Source: Vitrella brassicaformis CCMP3155 | Lineage: Eukaryota > Protista > Chromerida | Reading direction: 5' to 3' | Assembly (NCBI GenBank): GCA_001179505.1 | Contig: CDMY01000599.1 | Coordinates: 1-45,245 of the forward strand | DNA length: 45,245 nucleotides | Part shown: in pieces, positions 10,328 to 23,400 of the stretch | Layout of the letters: the number at the start of each line of letters is the position of its first letter | Position numbering within the stretch: the first letter of the stretch is position 1 | The notes under the pieces: generated by a model | The model's database searches: none | The model's input: the letters and a program-made list of their open reading frames with translations, nothing else | What the model was told of the DNA's origin: nothing | Made by a program: the position numbers and the translations under genes

Positions 10328-12408
10328 GTAGCTCTGGTTTTGAGCATGAGTGTCGAAGGAGAGCCGAAGCGTCCCCATACACAACGCGGCGACTCGGCCG
10401 CGTCAGCTCAGCCCGGCGGCACACCGGTAAGCATCCGGGAAGCAATGTGCTGACAAGCGAACGCATTCACTCGAGAGAGCACACAGCAAGACCACTCACA
10501 TTCATCGTGTCTGTGTGTGTGCGTGTGTTGCAGTCCATCAGTGAGGGTTTGGTTCGTCTGGAGGAGCGCATCGCATCGCTGCACACACACATAGATCTGG
10601 CACGTGGCGCTTGAGAGGCCCAATGGCCTCACTGCTGGTGTGCTCTCATCCACTGTGTGTGTGTGCGGTGCCTGCAGGTCACACGAGAGGCTGCCGGTGT
10701 GCAGCAGCTCTTTGACACCACAGTCGCCGCACAGGTCAACCACACACACACACACGAGAGCACTGCAGCCGTCACTCTCTCCCTGGTTGTCTGTGTGTGT
10801 GTTCGGTGCAGGCGCCATTGGCGCCGATAAGTGGGTCAGCGTCTTCGCCGCTCTCTCGTCGGCTGAAGATGCGCTGCGCGGCGTCGACGATGGCGTCAAG
10901 GGCACCATTCGGCCCATCGGCTGGGCCAAGCCGCCCCCGCCCGCCGACTCGGCCGAGGGCCTGCCGCCTGATGTCTGCCGCGACGTCATCTACCGGTGCC
11001 TTCCCATCGATGAGGCCGTCTGCTCGGCCCGCCCCATCAGCAGGGCACACGGCAGCCAACTCGTCAATGAGGCCTTCGTGCAGCGTCGCATCGCCAAGCA
11101 CCTCAGCCGCCACTCGCTGACCGGCCTCATCGACGTGGAGCGGACAGCAGCAGATACAGCCAATGCCGCGGCACCCACCCCTGCCCCTCACACCAGCAGC
11201 AGCAGCAGCAGCAGTGACGCACCGGCCGCTGCTGGTGGTGGCGGCCCTCATGTGTCGCATTTCTGCTATCTGTCCCAGTGCTGCTATGCACTCGAGCATG
11301 GCGGGGCGGTGTGGTGTGAGCAGTGGCCCGACTTCATCCGGCTGGCTGACATCTACAAGCTGACGCCCTCGACTGGCCTGCCGCTGATCATGTCGGCCCA
11401 GTGGATGGCGACCCACCTGCCCACCAAGGCCGACTTCCACACCATGCCCCTCGCCCTTCGCCAGTACAGCACATTCGGCCACCTCCTCAACTACAAGGGG
11501 ACCAGTCTGGCGATCGAGAAGCTGGATGAGGCCGACGATGGCGACGAGGCCAAGAAGGGGGACGGTGGTGTGAGGAGGCAGCGCTACAGGATCGGCGCTG
11601 TCTACTTCACGATGGTGCCGCTGTCCGCCCTCCCTGCCGACAGCCCCTTCCGTGAGACATACGACCCCCACAACCCACCGATCCGCTACGATTGCCACCT
11701 CTTCCCCTCATTCACGTCCTTCATGAAACACCTGGTGTTGTTCGAGTGGTTTGACCCAAAGGGGGTGGACGAGAGGCGGGTATTTTGGGCGAGACTGGGT
11801 GGTGGCGATGAGGGATATCGGTCGCTGCTTACCGACGCCATAGACGGCAACACCACCATCGACTACACCAATGACGGGCAGGGGGATGACGGGCGGCAGC
11901 GACTCATCATCCTCAAGGGCATGAAGGAGGACGACACTATTACTGCCTACCTGTACCTAATCGATGGCAACATCAAGCTGTTCACGACCGAGGCGGCCAT
12001 CGAGGGCCACACGCGGCTGTCCGCCCGATTCCCCAGCGCGATGCCATTGACCCGCACCCTGTTGACAAAACACGGCCTCGCCCACATCATACCACAGTAG
12101 AGGAAACACACACAAGTGAGCCGCGGTGCGGAAGGGACATTCACAAGCACACAAGGGGCATGCCTTGAGTGCCCGAATGGCACTGGTGCGTCTCTCTCTC
12201 ACTCTCTCACTCTCTCTCTCTCGGTGTGTGTGTGTGTGCGTCTGTTTGTGTGCAGATGAGGTTGTTCGTCGACTGGTGCTGCTGGCAGTGGAGAAGCTGG
12301 CAGCGGTGTGTAGGCTGATTGTGGAGGGCTCACTTCTTGCAGCGACATGTGATGAGATGGGATGGACGGGCGCGGTGTCGTCTGCCGACATCTGTACATG
12401 TACAGTAC
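10328..12408. repeat. About 2.1-kb segment duplicated in inverted orientation at 42700-44805
   Basis: Exons, introns and about 300 nt of 3' flank are highly similar to the reverse complement of 42700-44805 (for example gcatgagtgtcgaaggagagccgaagcgtccc and gacatctgtacatgtaca). The middle of the terminal exon is the exception. Confidence 0.85.
10346..12100 (+). CDS. Multigene family copy 2; long ORF intact, but the 5' exon chain has a 1-nt phase conflict
   Basis: Exon 1 starts at ATG 10346 (MSVEGEPKRPHTQ). Small exons at 10534-~10600 and 10678-10734; terminal exon 10812-12100 with LPPDVCRDVIYRCLPIDEA, FIRLADIYKL and FGHLLNYKGTSL. Confidence 0.75.
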
Positions 12409-12690
12409 ATGTCGTCTGTAAGTGCGTTTATACGGCACACATCATCCTTTACTGCGGTGTTTTGTACGCCCACATCATACCGCAGTAGAGGGGGGGAGAC
12501 AATGCAAGTGAGGCAGATGATGACGGCGGTGTGCGGATGTGTGTATGTTTATTGATGACATTGTGCTGCTGCTCCTGTTATTGAGATGGAGAACCGTCTG
12601 CACTGACTGCATCGATCCGGCCCCAAATCCTCCGGGGTCACAAACCATCAGTTCGCCCCTCGCGAATTCTTCGGAAATCTTCCATTTCTC

Positions 12691-15227
12691 ATGGCCACGA
12701 AGGGCGCGAAGGCCGCCGTTCAGGAGGTGGAGGCTGCCAGCTCAGCCGGCACTGATGAGCTGATATCGGTAAAACTGCATCACACACAGCGCCAGGCACT
12801 ATGCCTGAATGGGGTGAGGGGGCTGTTCAGATTGAGCGGGAGATGGAGAGGATGAAGCAGGCTGAGCAGCTTCAGCTGCTGTGAGCATAACACACGATTC
12901 CCCCGCAGCCACCGCCCATGGGTGTGGTGTGTTCGGTCAGTGAGGACAAGCACACGAAGGCGCTGAAGGAGAAGGATGCCCTGGCCAAGCAGGTTGAGGA
13001 GCTGCAGGCAGAGGAGGCCGACACCATGAAGACACTGAGGGAAAACCTCGCAGAGGCATGGGAGCGGGTGCGGCAGCTCCAGGTCAACAACCAACAGCTG
13101 CAGACCCAGATGGGGCAGAAGGAGAAGAAACTGGGTCAGACACGTGCACACGCGCACATACAAAAGGTGTACAGTATACAGGTCCTCTGTGTGTGTGCAG
13201 AGGAGAAGATCGAGGCCAACGAGCAGCAATTCAAGAAGAAGTGAACACACCCCAAATCCAGTCCCCTCACGGATACCATGCTGGCGCTGTGTCCTGGCTT
13301 TGTCGCACACAGGTGGGATGACCTGCTAGTCAAGTGCAACACGTTGCAGCGGCAGCACGAGGAGATCGAGCAGTTCATCAAGGAGAAGGCCGACTACGAA
13401 GAGAGACTTACCACCCTCCAGCAGCAGCTAAACGACGCTGAGAATCGACACACAGAGAAGATTAGGTAAGTGCTGCTCTGGAAGGAGAATGAAAACGGCG
13501 ATTGGTTGTTGCGCGTCAGTGAGATGGAGCGGCGTCGAGCGATGGATTTCGAGCACCACCGGCAGGGCCTGGTGGCCAAGATCCGGCAGAAGGAGGAGCA
13601 ATTCCGCGTCAAGGCCAAGCAACAGCTCTCAGAAGTGAGCTTGTGGGAAACAAGGGGGTCAAGAGAAATACAGATGGATGTCTCTCTCTCTCTCTCTCTT
13701 TCGATCGATCAATCGACAGACAACACGGCGCACACTGCTGGAGAACGACCATGTGGTGACACAGCTCAACTACCAATCCGTGTGAGTGACGAGCCAATGA
13801 TACAAGCAGACGGCAACTTGACGTTTTCTATCGTGCAGAGAGGTCGAGCGCCTCGTGTCTCAGAACAAGAGATTGAATGAAGAGAACGGGGTGAGGGGGG
13901 GGAGCAACCAACCGACATCCCAATTGCCACGTCTTCTGTCTGTCTGTCTGTCTGTCGTTCCGTCTTTTCGTGTCGCACCAGGAGCTGCGCAGAGAGCTTC
14001 GCATCCTAAAGCATCTGGAAGAAGACATGGTCAGACCGTGAGGCAAATGTCCGTTCACGCCGCACCCATCTGCATCTCGCCTCTCCCTGCCTCCATCCCT
14101 CCGTGTCAGGCCCTCCGCACGTGTGTCTATCAGCGGCTGGTGACCAAGTTGCAGAGCAGGCACCCTTACACAGAGGTAGTGGCGCCGGAGCAGCAGGACT
14201 CCTTCTCGACAGCACCGAGCGCCGAGCCAATGCTGGTGTCCGAGCCTCCGACAGAGAGCAGGGAGACTGAAGAGGAGAGTGGTGACGTCGTCAGGTGTGA
14301 GACACGGAGAGAGACGGTGGCGCTTGCACCGAGGCAGCTTACGCGTGTATGTGCCCACCCATCCGTAGACAATTGCGAGAAGAGAACCAACGTCTGAAGG
14401 AAGAGGCGGAGGAGCGAGACAAGGTGAGATCAATCCCCCTCAGCACATAGCCCTCATGCGAGTCTTCCTACAGATCCTTCTTGCCCTGAGAGAGGAGTAT
14501 CAGGACTTCCGAGCCGACCACTCGACCTTGCTCAGGATCCAGGACAAAGCTCTGTGTGAGATCGTCAGTGCCCTACAGGAATACCATGTGCGAAAGGAGA
14601 CCAAGCCCCAAAAGAGTAAGGAAAGAGCGGCCGCTGATGGACAGGCAGCGACCTTCCAGCAGCTGGATTCGGACACGGCCATCGAGTTCCTCAACTTCCT
14701 TTACGGTAATGACAGGGAACAGTATTCATCTGTCCTCCATTTGGCTGCTTTGTCTGTCCTCAGAGAACCTGTCCCGGACCTTTGGCAACCACAAGAGATG
14801 CACGTCTGTCACGAGGCAGCCGCCAACCGAAACCTCGGAGACACGGAGACAAACCCACCGAGTCCGGCCTGGTGCGGGGGTGACGCCTTCAACGACACGC
14901 GACCAGCTCCAGTCTTTGTTTGGCGGTGCTCCTAGTGTGGTGTCGAAGCCGACTTTGCACGAGGGAGGTGCGTCGTGCAGTGAGGGGACGCAGACGGTCG
15001 ATGGGGACGGCAGTCTGCTCATGGGCGGGAAGACCATTGCACTGCCTTTTGATGATAAGATCGAATTGCTGGGGGTGACAGACCAGGTGAGTTGGCAGGG
15101 TGAAGTCAGCCAGTTAGTGCTGACTTTTGATGTGATGTGTGTGTGTGTGTGTGTGCAGGGGAATGTCAAGGGAGGTTGGGAGCAGAGGCTGAGAAGAGAC
15201 CAGTTTGGCAAGAGGAGATTTGGATAG
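12691..15227 (+). CDS. CFAP157: Coiled-coil protein, CFAP157-like (cilia/flagella associated)
   Basis: Many short exons encoding heptad-rich helices from MATKGAKAAVQEV. The spliced segment LENDHVVTQLNYQSREVERLVSQNKRLNEENGELRRELRILKHLEEDMALRTCVYQRLVTKL resembles the CFAP157 family pattern as I recall it. Ends GNVKGGWEQRLRRDQFGKRRFG*. The family call needs an HMM check. Confidence 0.55.
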
Positions 15228-15712
15228 CGGCCGGCCGGAATATTCATTGCCCGGGTGGATGGATGGATGGATGAGACACCCTTGTGCGGATGTGCGTGGT
15301 TGACTGCTCAAACCTCGTGTCGCCATTCATGGTTGAATAGAAAGGATCAGTCAACCACAGACGCAAACGTCAGATTCGATGGTGCAAGAGTTTGACGCAA
15401 GAGAGCCATCGTCAGCAGTGGATGGAGCAGATATGTTTGGTTCATGCACTCCGACAAATGAGCTATGCGGTCGATAGCTCAACATGTGTTTCGATCCATG
15501 CATTCCGTGCGCTGACGGATACACTCTCTACCAGCACATCGGGGTCATAGCCTATGTCAGCCGTGCTAGAGACTAAAAGCACGGACGAGAGGGCCATCTA
15601 CACAACAACTCACCTGCACACACACACACACACACGTACACATGTGGCGTCCATCCATCAGGCTCTACACGGCAGAATCCCTCCTTGCCTACCTCTCGCC
15701 AGCGGTGGCCTC

Positions 15713-17299
15713 TCACCCCCACCGTGGTATGATGTGGGCGAGTCGGTATTTGGTCAGCAGGCTGCGCAGCAACGGCGCAGAGATGGAGAGCTGGTCCTCC
15801 CACGGCGTGTGACCCTCGATCTCGGCCTCGGTCGCGAAGAGGATGATGTAGCCGCGGCAAACCCACAGGTACGCAGCGACGGTGTCGTCTTCCTTCATGC
15901 CCTTGAGCATGATAAACCGTTGCCGCTCCCCCTCCTCGATGAAGTCGATGGTGGCGTGCCCGTCGATGGGATCGGTCAGCACTCGCTGATAGCGCTCATC
16001 GCCACGGCCCACTCCAACCCGGAACACCAGCTTCTCGCCCACCCCCTCTTGGTTAAACCACTGCGTCAACACCATCCTCTTCATGAAGGCCGTGAATGAG
16101 GGGAAGAGGAAGCCATGGCGGCGGATGGGCGGGTTGTGGGGGTCGTATGTGCGGCGGTAGGGGTGGCGGGGAGGGAGGCCGGACAGCGGCACCGTCTCGA
16201 ACCGCCACTCTTCCTCGCCGACTCCGATGCGATACCGCTGCCGTGTCACCCCACCGTCCCCCTCTCCCTCTCCTTGGCTGCCCCCCTCTCCATCCCCCTC
16301 TTTGCCCTCACCGCCATCATCGGCCTCATCCACCTTTGTCAGCGCCAGACTGGTGCCCTTGTAGTTGAGGAGGTGGCCGAATGTGCTGTACTGGCGAAGG
16401 GCGAGGGGCATGGTGTGGAAGTCGGCCTTGGTGGGCAGGTGGGCCGCCATCCACTGGGGCGACATGATCAGCGGCAGACCAGTCGAGGGCGTCAGCTTGT
16501 AGATGTCAGCCAGCCGGATGAAGTCGGGCCACTCACACCACAGCGCCCCGCCGTACTCGAGTGCATGGGCGCACTTGGTGTAGTACTGAAACGGCCTCTC
16601 CACGTCGATGAGGCCACGCAGAGACCGCCGGCTGAGGTCCGTGTCGATGCGTGTGAGCATGAAGGTCTCATCGACGAGGTCGATGCCGCTGGTTTTGTTG
16701 GCCGCCCGTGCTGAGCTGACGGCCACGTCGACGGGCAGGAACCGAGTCACGACGTCACGGTACAGATCCTCGGACAAAGGATTGGCCGTACCATTGTCCG
16801 TGTGGGCTGTTGTGTGTTCGGTGTGAGTGGCGGCGGGATGGGCGGCTGGTGGGGAGGGGTGGGAGGGAGGGATGGGGGATGGGTGCATCGCTGCCAAGTC
16901 GTCATTGAAGGCCGCGAGGGCACTGGAGACCACCGAGAGGCTGTTGACGAGGGCAGAGGGTATCTGAAGTCACTCAGCACAGACAGTCTGCGCTGAGGGT
17001 AAAGGCGCATCCACCTAACCTCGACAGCCGCATTGTGAGAGTGTGAGCGCTCGATGGTCACAAGCCCGTGCTCCGCCTGAGCACATACAAACAAACAGAT
17101 GGACTGCCCTCGCCCGTCTAAAGATGTGTGTGTCCACAGCCCTTACCTGTGTGAGGTGTGTCTGCAGCACTGAAATCTGTCGCCGAAACGCATCAACACT
17201 ACAGCTACTGGCGGCCGCCTGCACACAACACAAGACACAGTCACAATGGACGCACCATCTGGAGAGCCCGCCCACCGATGGGTCGTGAGAGAGATCCAT
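15713..17299 (-). CDS. Multigene family copy 3; spliced frame intact, true start unresolved
   Basis: Phase-0 exons of 66 nt (FGHSWDEG...DPS), 72 nt (AAASSCSVDAFRRQISVLQTHLTQ) and 57 nt (AEHGLVTIERSHSHNAAVE), then a terminal exon IPSALVNS...LAHIIPRWG*. No ATG was found on this strand in 17401-17700. The nearest in-frame ATG is at 17299. Confidence 0.75.
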
Positions 17300-17732
17300 T
17301 GGCGGCTGCGATGCAGTACCCTCATCCCATGAGTGACCAAACTGACAAATGACAGCACATCATCCCATATTCCGCAGGTGCCTCGTCATATATAGATGAC
17401 TCACCGGCCTGTCCGCACGGCGACGGTCGGCGTGGTCAGCAAGATACGGCTTGGATCTCAGTTGTGTAGCCGTGCAGCGTCCTCCCGACACCACCGGTAT
17501 CACCTCACGGAATCGCAGGAGCGAGTCGGTGGCCGTGCTATAGCCCTCCTGGTCGTTGCTGTACGCCGCAGAAAGGCCTCCTTCCTTCCCTTTCTGTGCC
17601 TCCTTCCCTCCCGATCGACTGAGGATCGAATCGGCGTCGCCTGCGAATCTGGCAAATTCGTTTTCCGATTTTGTCGGCTGAGAGGCTCCTTCAGACGCCC
17701 ACACACTCACCTCTGTGAAGAAACGCCGAAAA

Positions 17733-18885
17733 ATGGCGCAGAAAGAGGCGAGATCAAAGCTCGGAGGTGGTGAGGAGATTACCGACGCCGGCAAGGGTAA
17801 GACGGCGACACAGGTGAGAAGGGAAGAAACCTCGGATGCCTTCTATGGTGTTTGTCGCTTGTTTGGCTCAGATCTGACGTATTTTCGTGCTGAGGGTGCA
17901 ATCACTGGCTGTTGAGATGTGGCGTGAAGGTGCATTGCCTGGCAGTGACCGACTTGGTGGCTCTGCGGACCTGCTGTCGCGCCGTGGGGAGCTCTGTGGT
18001 GGCCGCTGCTGTGCTGGTCCATCGCATCGACGCCTCCCTCGCCCGCCACTCACCGGCACCTTCTGTGCCTGATGATGATGTCTGTCGGCCTGAAGGCCTT
18101 GTCGGTGCCAGTGTTGCCTGCGCCAAGCGGCTGACGGCACGGGCCTCACGGTGGATGACAGGCCGATAGTCGCTGGCGCCCTTCGGCTACCTGGTGCGAT
18201 GCTGTTACGTTCTGGATGAGGGCAGCAGCGAGTGGCGTGTGATGGGCACAATTGTGTGCTTGGCCGCCACCTATCGGCTGTGGCTCATCTGCCCAGCAAG
18301 ACGGCCTTCCACAAGCTGTCGCTAACAGTGGCCATCTACAGGACCATCGAGCATCAGCTGAGATGCTTTGTAGGGAGCCTGATGTTCGAGCAAGCCGACA
18401 ACGGCATCCTATATGCGCTGGTGAAGTGGGCACGGCGACTGCGGGAGTTTGTAGCCCCCGGTCCGGCGGCCGCCGGACTCTATCGGATTGGCGGCTGTTG
18501 GTCTTTCGATGTGGTGCCTTATCATCAGCCGTCCGACAACCACTTCTTGCTCCTCCTACAAGACTACTGATCCCGTCACTCGCACAGCATGCCCACCGTG
18601 CGCTGTCTTCCCTCGTTAGGCCATATACGCTGGTCTGTCTCCTTTTGGTGGTCTCATCAAGAGGGAGTGCATCAAGAGGTTTGGCTGGTCACGCGGCTGC
18701 CGACCTGACGACACCGTCGCCGCATTTGTGGCGGTGAGGGATGTGAGCATCTAATTGGTCACAGCCGAGGTGCCTGCTGCTGCTGGTCGTGTGTGCCTCA
18801 TCGGTGGATGTGCGTTTCCCCACGTCGACTCCCCTTGTGGCGCCGGGCTGCTGAGGCGGTTTGGGCTGAGGTGATGTCATCCATT
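17733..18885 (+). pseudogene. Degraded, divergent member of the same family (copy 4)
   Basis: Exon 1 MAQKEARSKL...TATQ|GT. Homologous fragments: HRIDASLARHS (cf. RRIDTHLSRHS), FGYLVRCCYVLDEG (cf. FCYLSQCCYVLEHG), HLPSKTAFHKL..IYRTIEHQL (cf. HLPTKADFHTM..QYSTFGHLL), WWSHQEGV, RFPTSTP and LLRRFGL. These are broken by an in-frame TAG at 18167-18169 and several frameshifts. Confidence 0.75.
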
Positions 18886-19652
18886 GCAATTGATGGAGGG
18901 ATAGTGGAGAGGTGATGCAATGGAGTCAGTGATGAGATGTGTGTGGGTGTTTGACGTATCGCGCAGACAGCTCGTGTCGACTTTTGTTTCAGTCAATGGA
19001 TTAATGAAGTGCACTCACATCATTCAACCGGCCCACACACGAACACACACACGTCTATCGACAACTTATCGACACAACCACACACACGTAATACCCGTCC
19101 ACACCACACACGGCGACCGACCTTCACAACACACGGACGGACACACGCACACCAACCACACCACACACATGTGGGTAAGCACATGTGGGTAAGACAAGGC
19201 AACACACCACACCACACCACACACGAACCACACACACGTGCACCATGCACCATGTCCGATTCCCATGCGTGTATGTGTGCGTGTGTGTGTGTGGCTGGCA
19301 CAAGTCACGTGGTGGCGCCCAGTGGCACCAGATTGTTGGGTTGGTTGTGTGGCTCCTTGGTGTGCGTCCGTGTACGTACGTACGGTGGGTAAGTGGGTCG
19401 CGAGACTCACGAATCGGAGTGGCTCAGCGACATGTCAGTCAGCCATTCTCTCTTCTCTCTCTGTCTCTCTGTCATTCGCCCACGGCCAGTCCATCCGATG
19501 CATCAGCAGTAGTAGTCCGAGTGTAGTAAGTGAAGTATGTGTGTGGTGAGAGAGGCATATCAGTCAGTCAGATCACTTCACACGCATCCCTTCATCCCCC
19601 ACCCCTCCCGCCCCCCACCACCACACCCGACATCCATGTGGTTGTGGTGTGT

Positions 19653-20240
<588 letters not shown>

Positions 20241-20486
20241 CTAGCCGATTACTGAACCGCTCAGAGAGAGAAAGGGCGTTTGCGTCAGGGAGAGGCCCGC
20301 AGTGATGCTGTAGGGCATCCGTCAAACAGAAGAAACCCTTCGATCTACTTCGATCCTGTTTCAGCTCGCAATTTTCGGGGACGTCGGAAACTCGGAAACC
20401 AGGGAAGAACAACCATTGGCTGGCTAGGTGGTGGGGCCCTAGCCCGAACCGATCCTGGCCCGCGTTGGGAGGAGCCGTGTTGAGAG

Positions 20487-23400
20487 ATGCGGACGGTGAC
20501 GGTGTGGGCTGACAAGATCCCTGAGAGGGACAAGCTGAGCAGCACAGTGTGGAGCATCGCATTCAAGCCAGGTGGATAGATTGATCTGATCTGCACATGG
20601 GAAAGGATGGATGGATGGATGTGCCTGTTTGTGTGTGTGATGGGTTGAATGCATCGCCTTCATTCCATGCATTCAGATGGGACGCAGGTGGTCGTGGCGG
20701 CGGGCAACCGCGTGTTGGTGTATGACGCGCAGGAGGGAGACCTCATCCACTCGCTGAAAGGTGAGTGAGCAAGGAGTAGTTCGATCAGAGGACAGATACA
20801 GAGGGCTGCGTTGTGTGTGCGTGTGTGTGTGGGTCGATCAGGCCACAAGGATGCCGTCTACTGCGTGGCCTACAGCAAACAGGGCAAGAAATTCGCCTCG
20901 GGAGGGTGAGTGTGAGGCTGGACACTTCTCTTCCTTCCGCCATCCATCCATCCACCTGTGTGTCTGTCCATCCGTCTGTCCGTTTGCTGGTGCATGTTAG
21001 TGCCGACAAGCAGGTGATAATCTGGACTGACAAGGCTGAGGGCCGGCTCAAGTACCACCACACCGACTCCATTCAGTGCCTCGCATACAACCCAGTCACC
21101 CAACAGGTCAGGTGGTGGGCAGGGAGGGAGGAAGGCACCTGCCTGATGTGATTGAGGGATGCATCGACATCGAGGGCTGCCTGCCTCCGCAGAAGGTGGA
21201 TGCGTGGATGCATCCGTCTGTCTGTGTGTGTGTGGTGCAGTTGGCGAGTGGCACTGCGTCCGATTTCGGTCTGTGGTCGCCCGAGCAGAAGTCCGTCACC
21301 AAACACAAGGCAGGCACCAGCGCACTCACCCTCATCCGTCCATCCATCCATCCCTCTGTTTGTGTGTTCAGGTGTCGTCGAAGGTGCTGAGCCTCAGCTG
21401 GACGCCGGACGGCCTCCATCTCGCACTCGGTGAGGTGGGCCGTCGGTAGCTCGCGAAAAGCAAAGCCCTCATGAGTGCGTCCGTACCGTACCGTCACTAT
21501 GCGTCTGTGTGTGGTGGTTGGGGTGTGTGTGTGTGTGTGTGAGGTTTGTTCAATGGTCACATATCGATCACGGACAAGTTCGGCACTGAAAAGGTGACAC
21601 ACTTAGTCGTTCGTTCTTTGATTCTTTTTTGCATGGCTAATGCATCTCAACCACCCACCCTCACACAACACAAACAGGCCGAGGTAGTGCGGAAGGAGCC
21701 GATATGGTGCCTGGGGTGGAACCCCGTGCTGGCGAGATCCGACCCGACAGACGTCCTCGTGGTCAGTCAGCTCTACACACACACATGCAACTGGAGGCAG
21801 CGGGACTTACTCATGGAATTGGTGTGTGCGTGTGTGTGTCAGGTTGGCTGCTGCGACCAGACACTGTCCTTCTACAAGGTAGGTATGACATCATAGGTGC
21901 TCGCGAGCAGCCAACCACACCACACACCCCATCTGTCTGATCTGCCTCGTGTGTGTCGGGTCGGTCCCCTAGGTCTCAGGTCAGGAGTGTCTGAAGGAGC
22001 AGAAGCTCGACTACGACCCCCTCTCTATCGTAAGGACGCCATCAGCACACCCACCCCCTCACACACACACACACACGCACACACACCCTCCCACACACAC
22101 ATCCCCCCCTCGTGGCTGGCGCAACAGGCATTCTTCTCGAGTGGCGACTACTTCGTTGTGGGCGGCTCGGACAAGAAGGTGATCCAGTGAATGAGTGAGT
22201 GCATCCCCATTGATTCCTTTCTTCATCCCATGGCCTGGACGGACGGCCGTTGCAGGTGACATTGTGGAGCCGCGACGGCATCTCTTTGGGCCCGATCAGC
22301 GAGCATGACGACTGGGTCTGGGCCGTCGCCGTCAGACCAAAGCAACACAATGTCGCTGCGGGTGGGTGAGCTGAGTGAGCTGAGCTGACGATGCATGTGT
22401 GTGTGAATCGAGTGCCTGGGTCTGTGGAATGATGGTGTCAGGGAGCAACGACGGTGCCGTCAAGATGTACCAGATCATCTTCTCCACTGTCCATGGCCTC
22501 TACCAGGTAGGTGCACACTCACACTCACTCAGACACGGAGATGCCAACCAGCTGGGTGGGTGTCTGAGTGTGTGTCAGGACCGCTATGCCTATCGCGAGC
22601 TGATGACCGATGTGATCGTGCAGCACCTGGTCACTGACCAAAAGGTCCGGTCCGTCAGGCAGGCCGCCAGGCTCAGAATGGGAATGTGTGAATGTGTGTG
22701 TCACTCCTCCTGCTGCCTGCTGCTGTGCGTCAGGTGCGGATTCGGTGTAAGGACTACGTCAAGAAGATCGCAGTCTACCGGGACAGGCTCGCCGTGCAGC
22801 TGCCGGACAAGGCACATACATAGGCCACAACAGACAGACAGACACCCACACCACACAGCCACATGTGGCTGTGTGGCTGTGTGTGTGTGCGTCAGGTGCT
22901 GATATACGAGGTGGCGCAGGACGACCCCACCGACCTCCACTACAAGAGTATGGACAAGATTCGACAGAGGTACACACCCTTCACCGCCACTCTCACTCTC
23001 ACACCCCGCTTATTGTGTGCCCATCCATCCATCATCCATCATCAATAATCAATCAGGTTTGAGTGTTCGTTGCTGGTGGTGACGTCGCACCACATCATCT
23101 TGTGCCAGGAGCGGAAGCTGCAGCTGTATGCCTTCTCGGGACAGCTCGAGCGAGAGTGGAACCTCGAGTCGCTCATCAGATACATCAAAGTAAGAAATTA
23201 GACAACGCAACGCACGGATCCACACACACTTAACTTACACACGGAGGGAGAATGGATGGATGTCTGTGTCCATGTGTGTGTCCATATATATGTGTGTGTG
23301 TGTGTGCAGGTTGTGGGGGGTCCGCAGAAGCGTGAAGGCCTGCTCGTGGGGCTCAAGAACGGTGCTCGCCGAGGCGAAAGTCAAAGACGCCCACTGTCCA

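Noticed and set aside
10328-12408. Interpreting the duplicated unit as an autonomous transposon
   Set aside because: No terminal inverted repeats, LTRs, poly-A tail or target-site duplication, and no DDE, RT or HUH motifs were recognised. The unit retains spliceosomal introns.
15462-15482. Small hairpin gagctat-N7-atagctc
   Set aside because: A 7-bp stem is expected by chance in a window of this size, and there is no supporting context.
19020-19300. Regularly spaced CACAC/CCACA repeats suggestive of an array
   Set aside because: Degenerate microsatellite with no fixed repeat-spacer structure, in a eukaryotic context with no cas genes. Not CRISPR.
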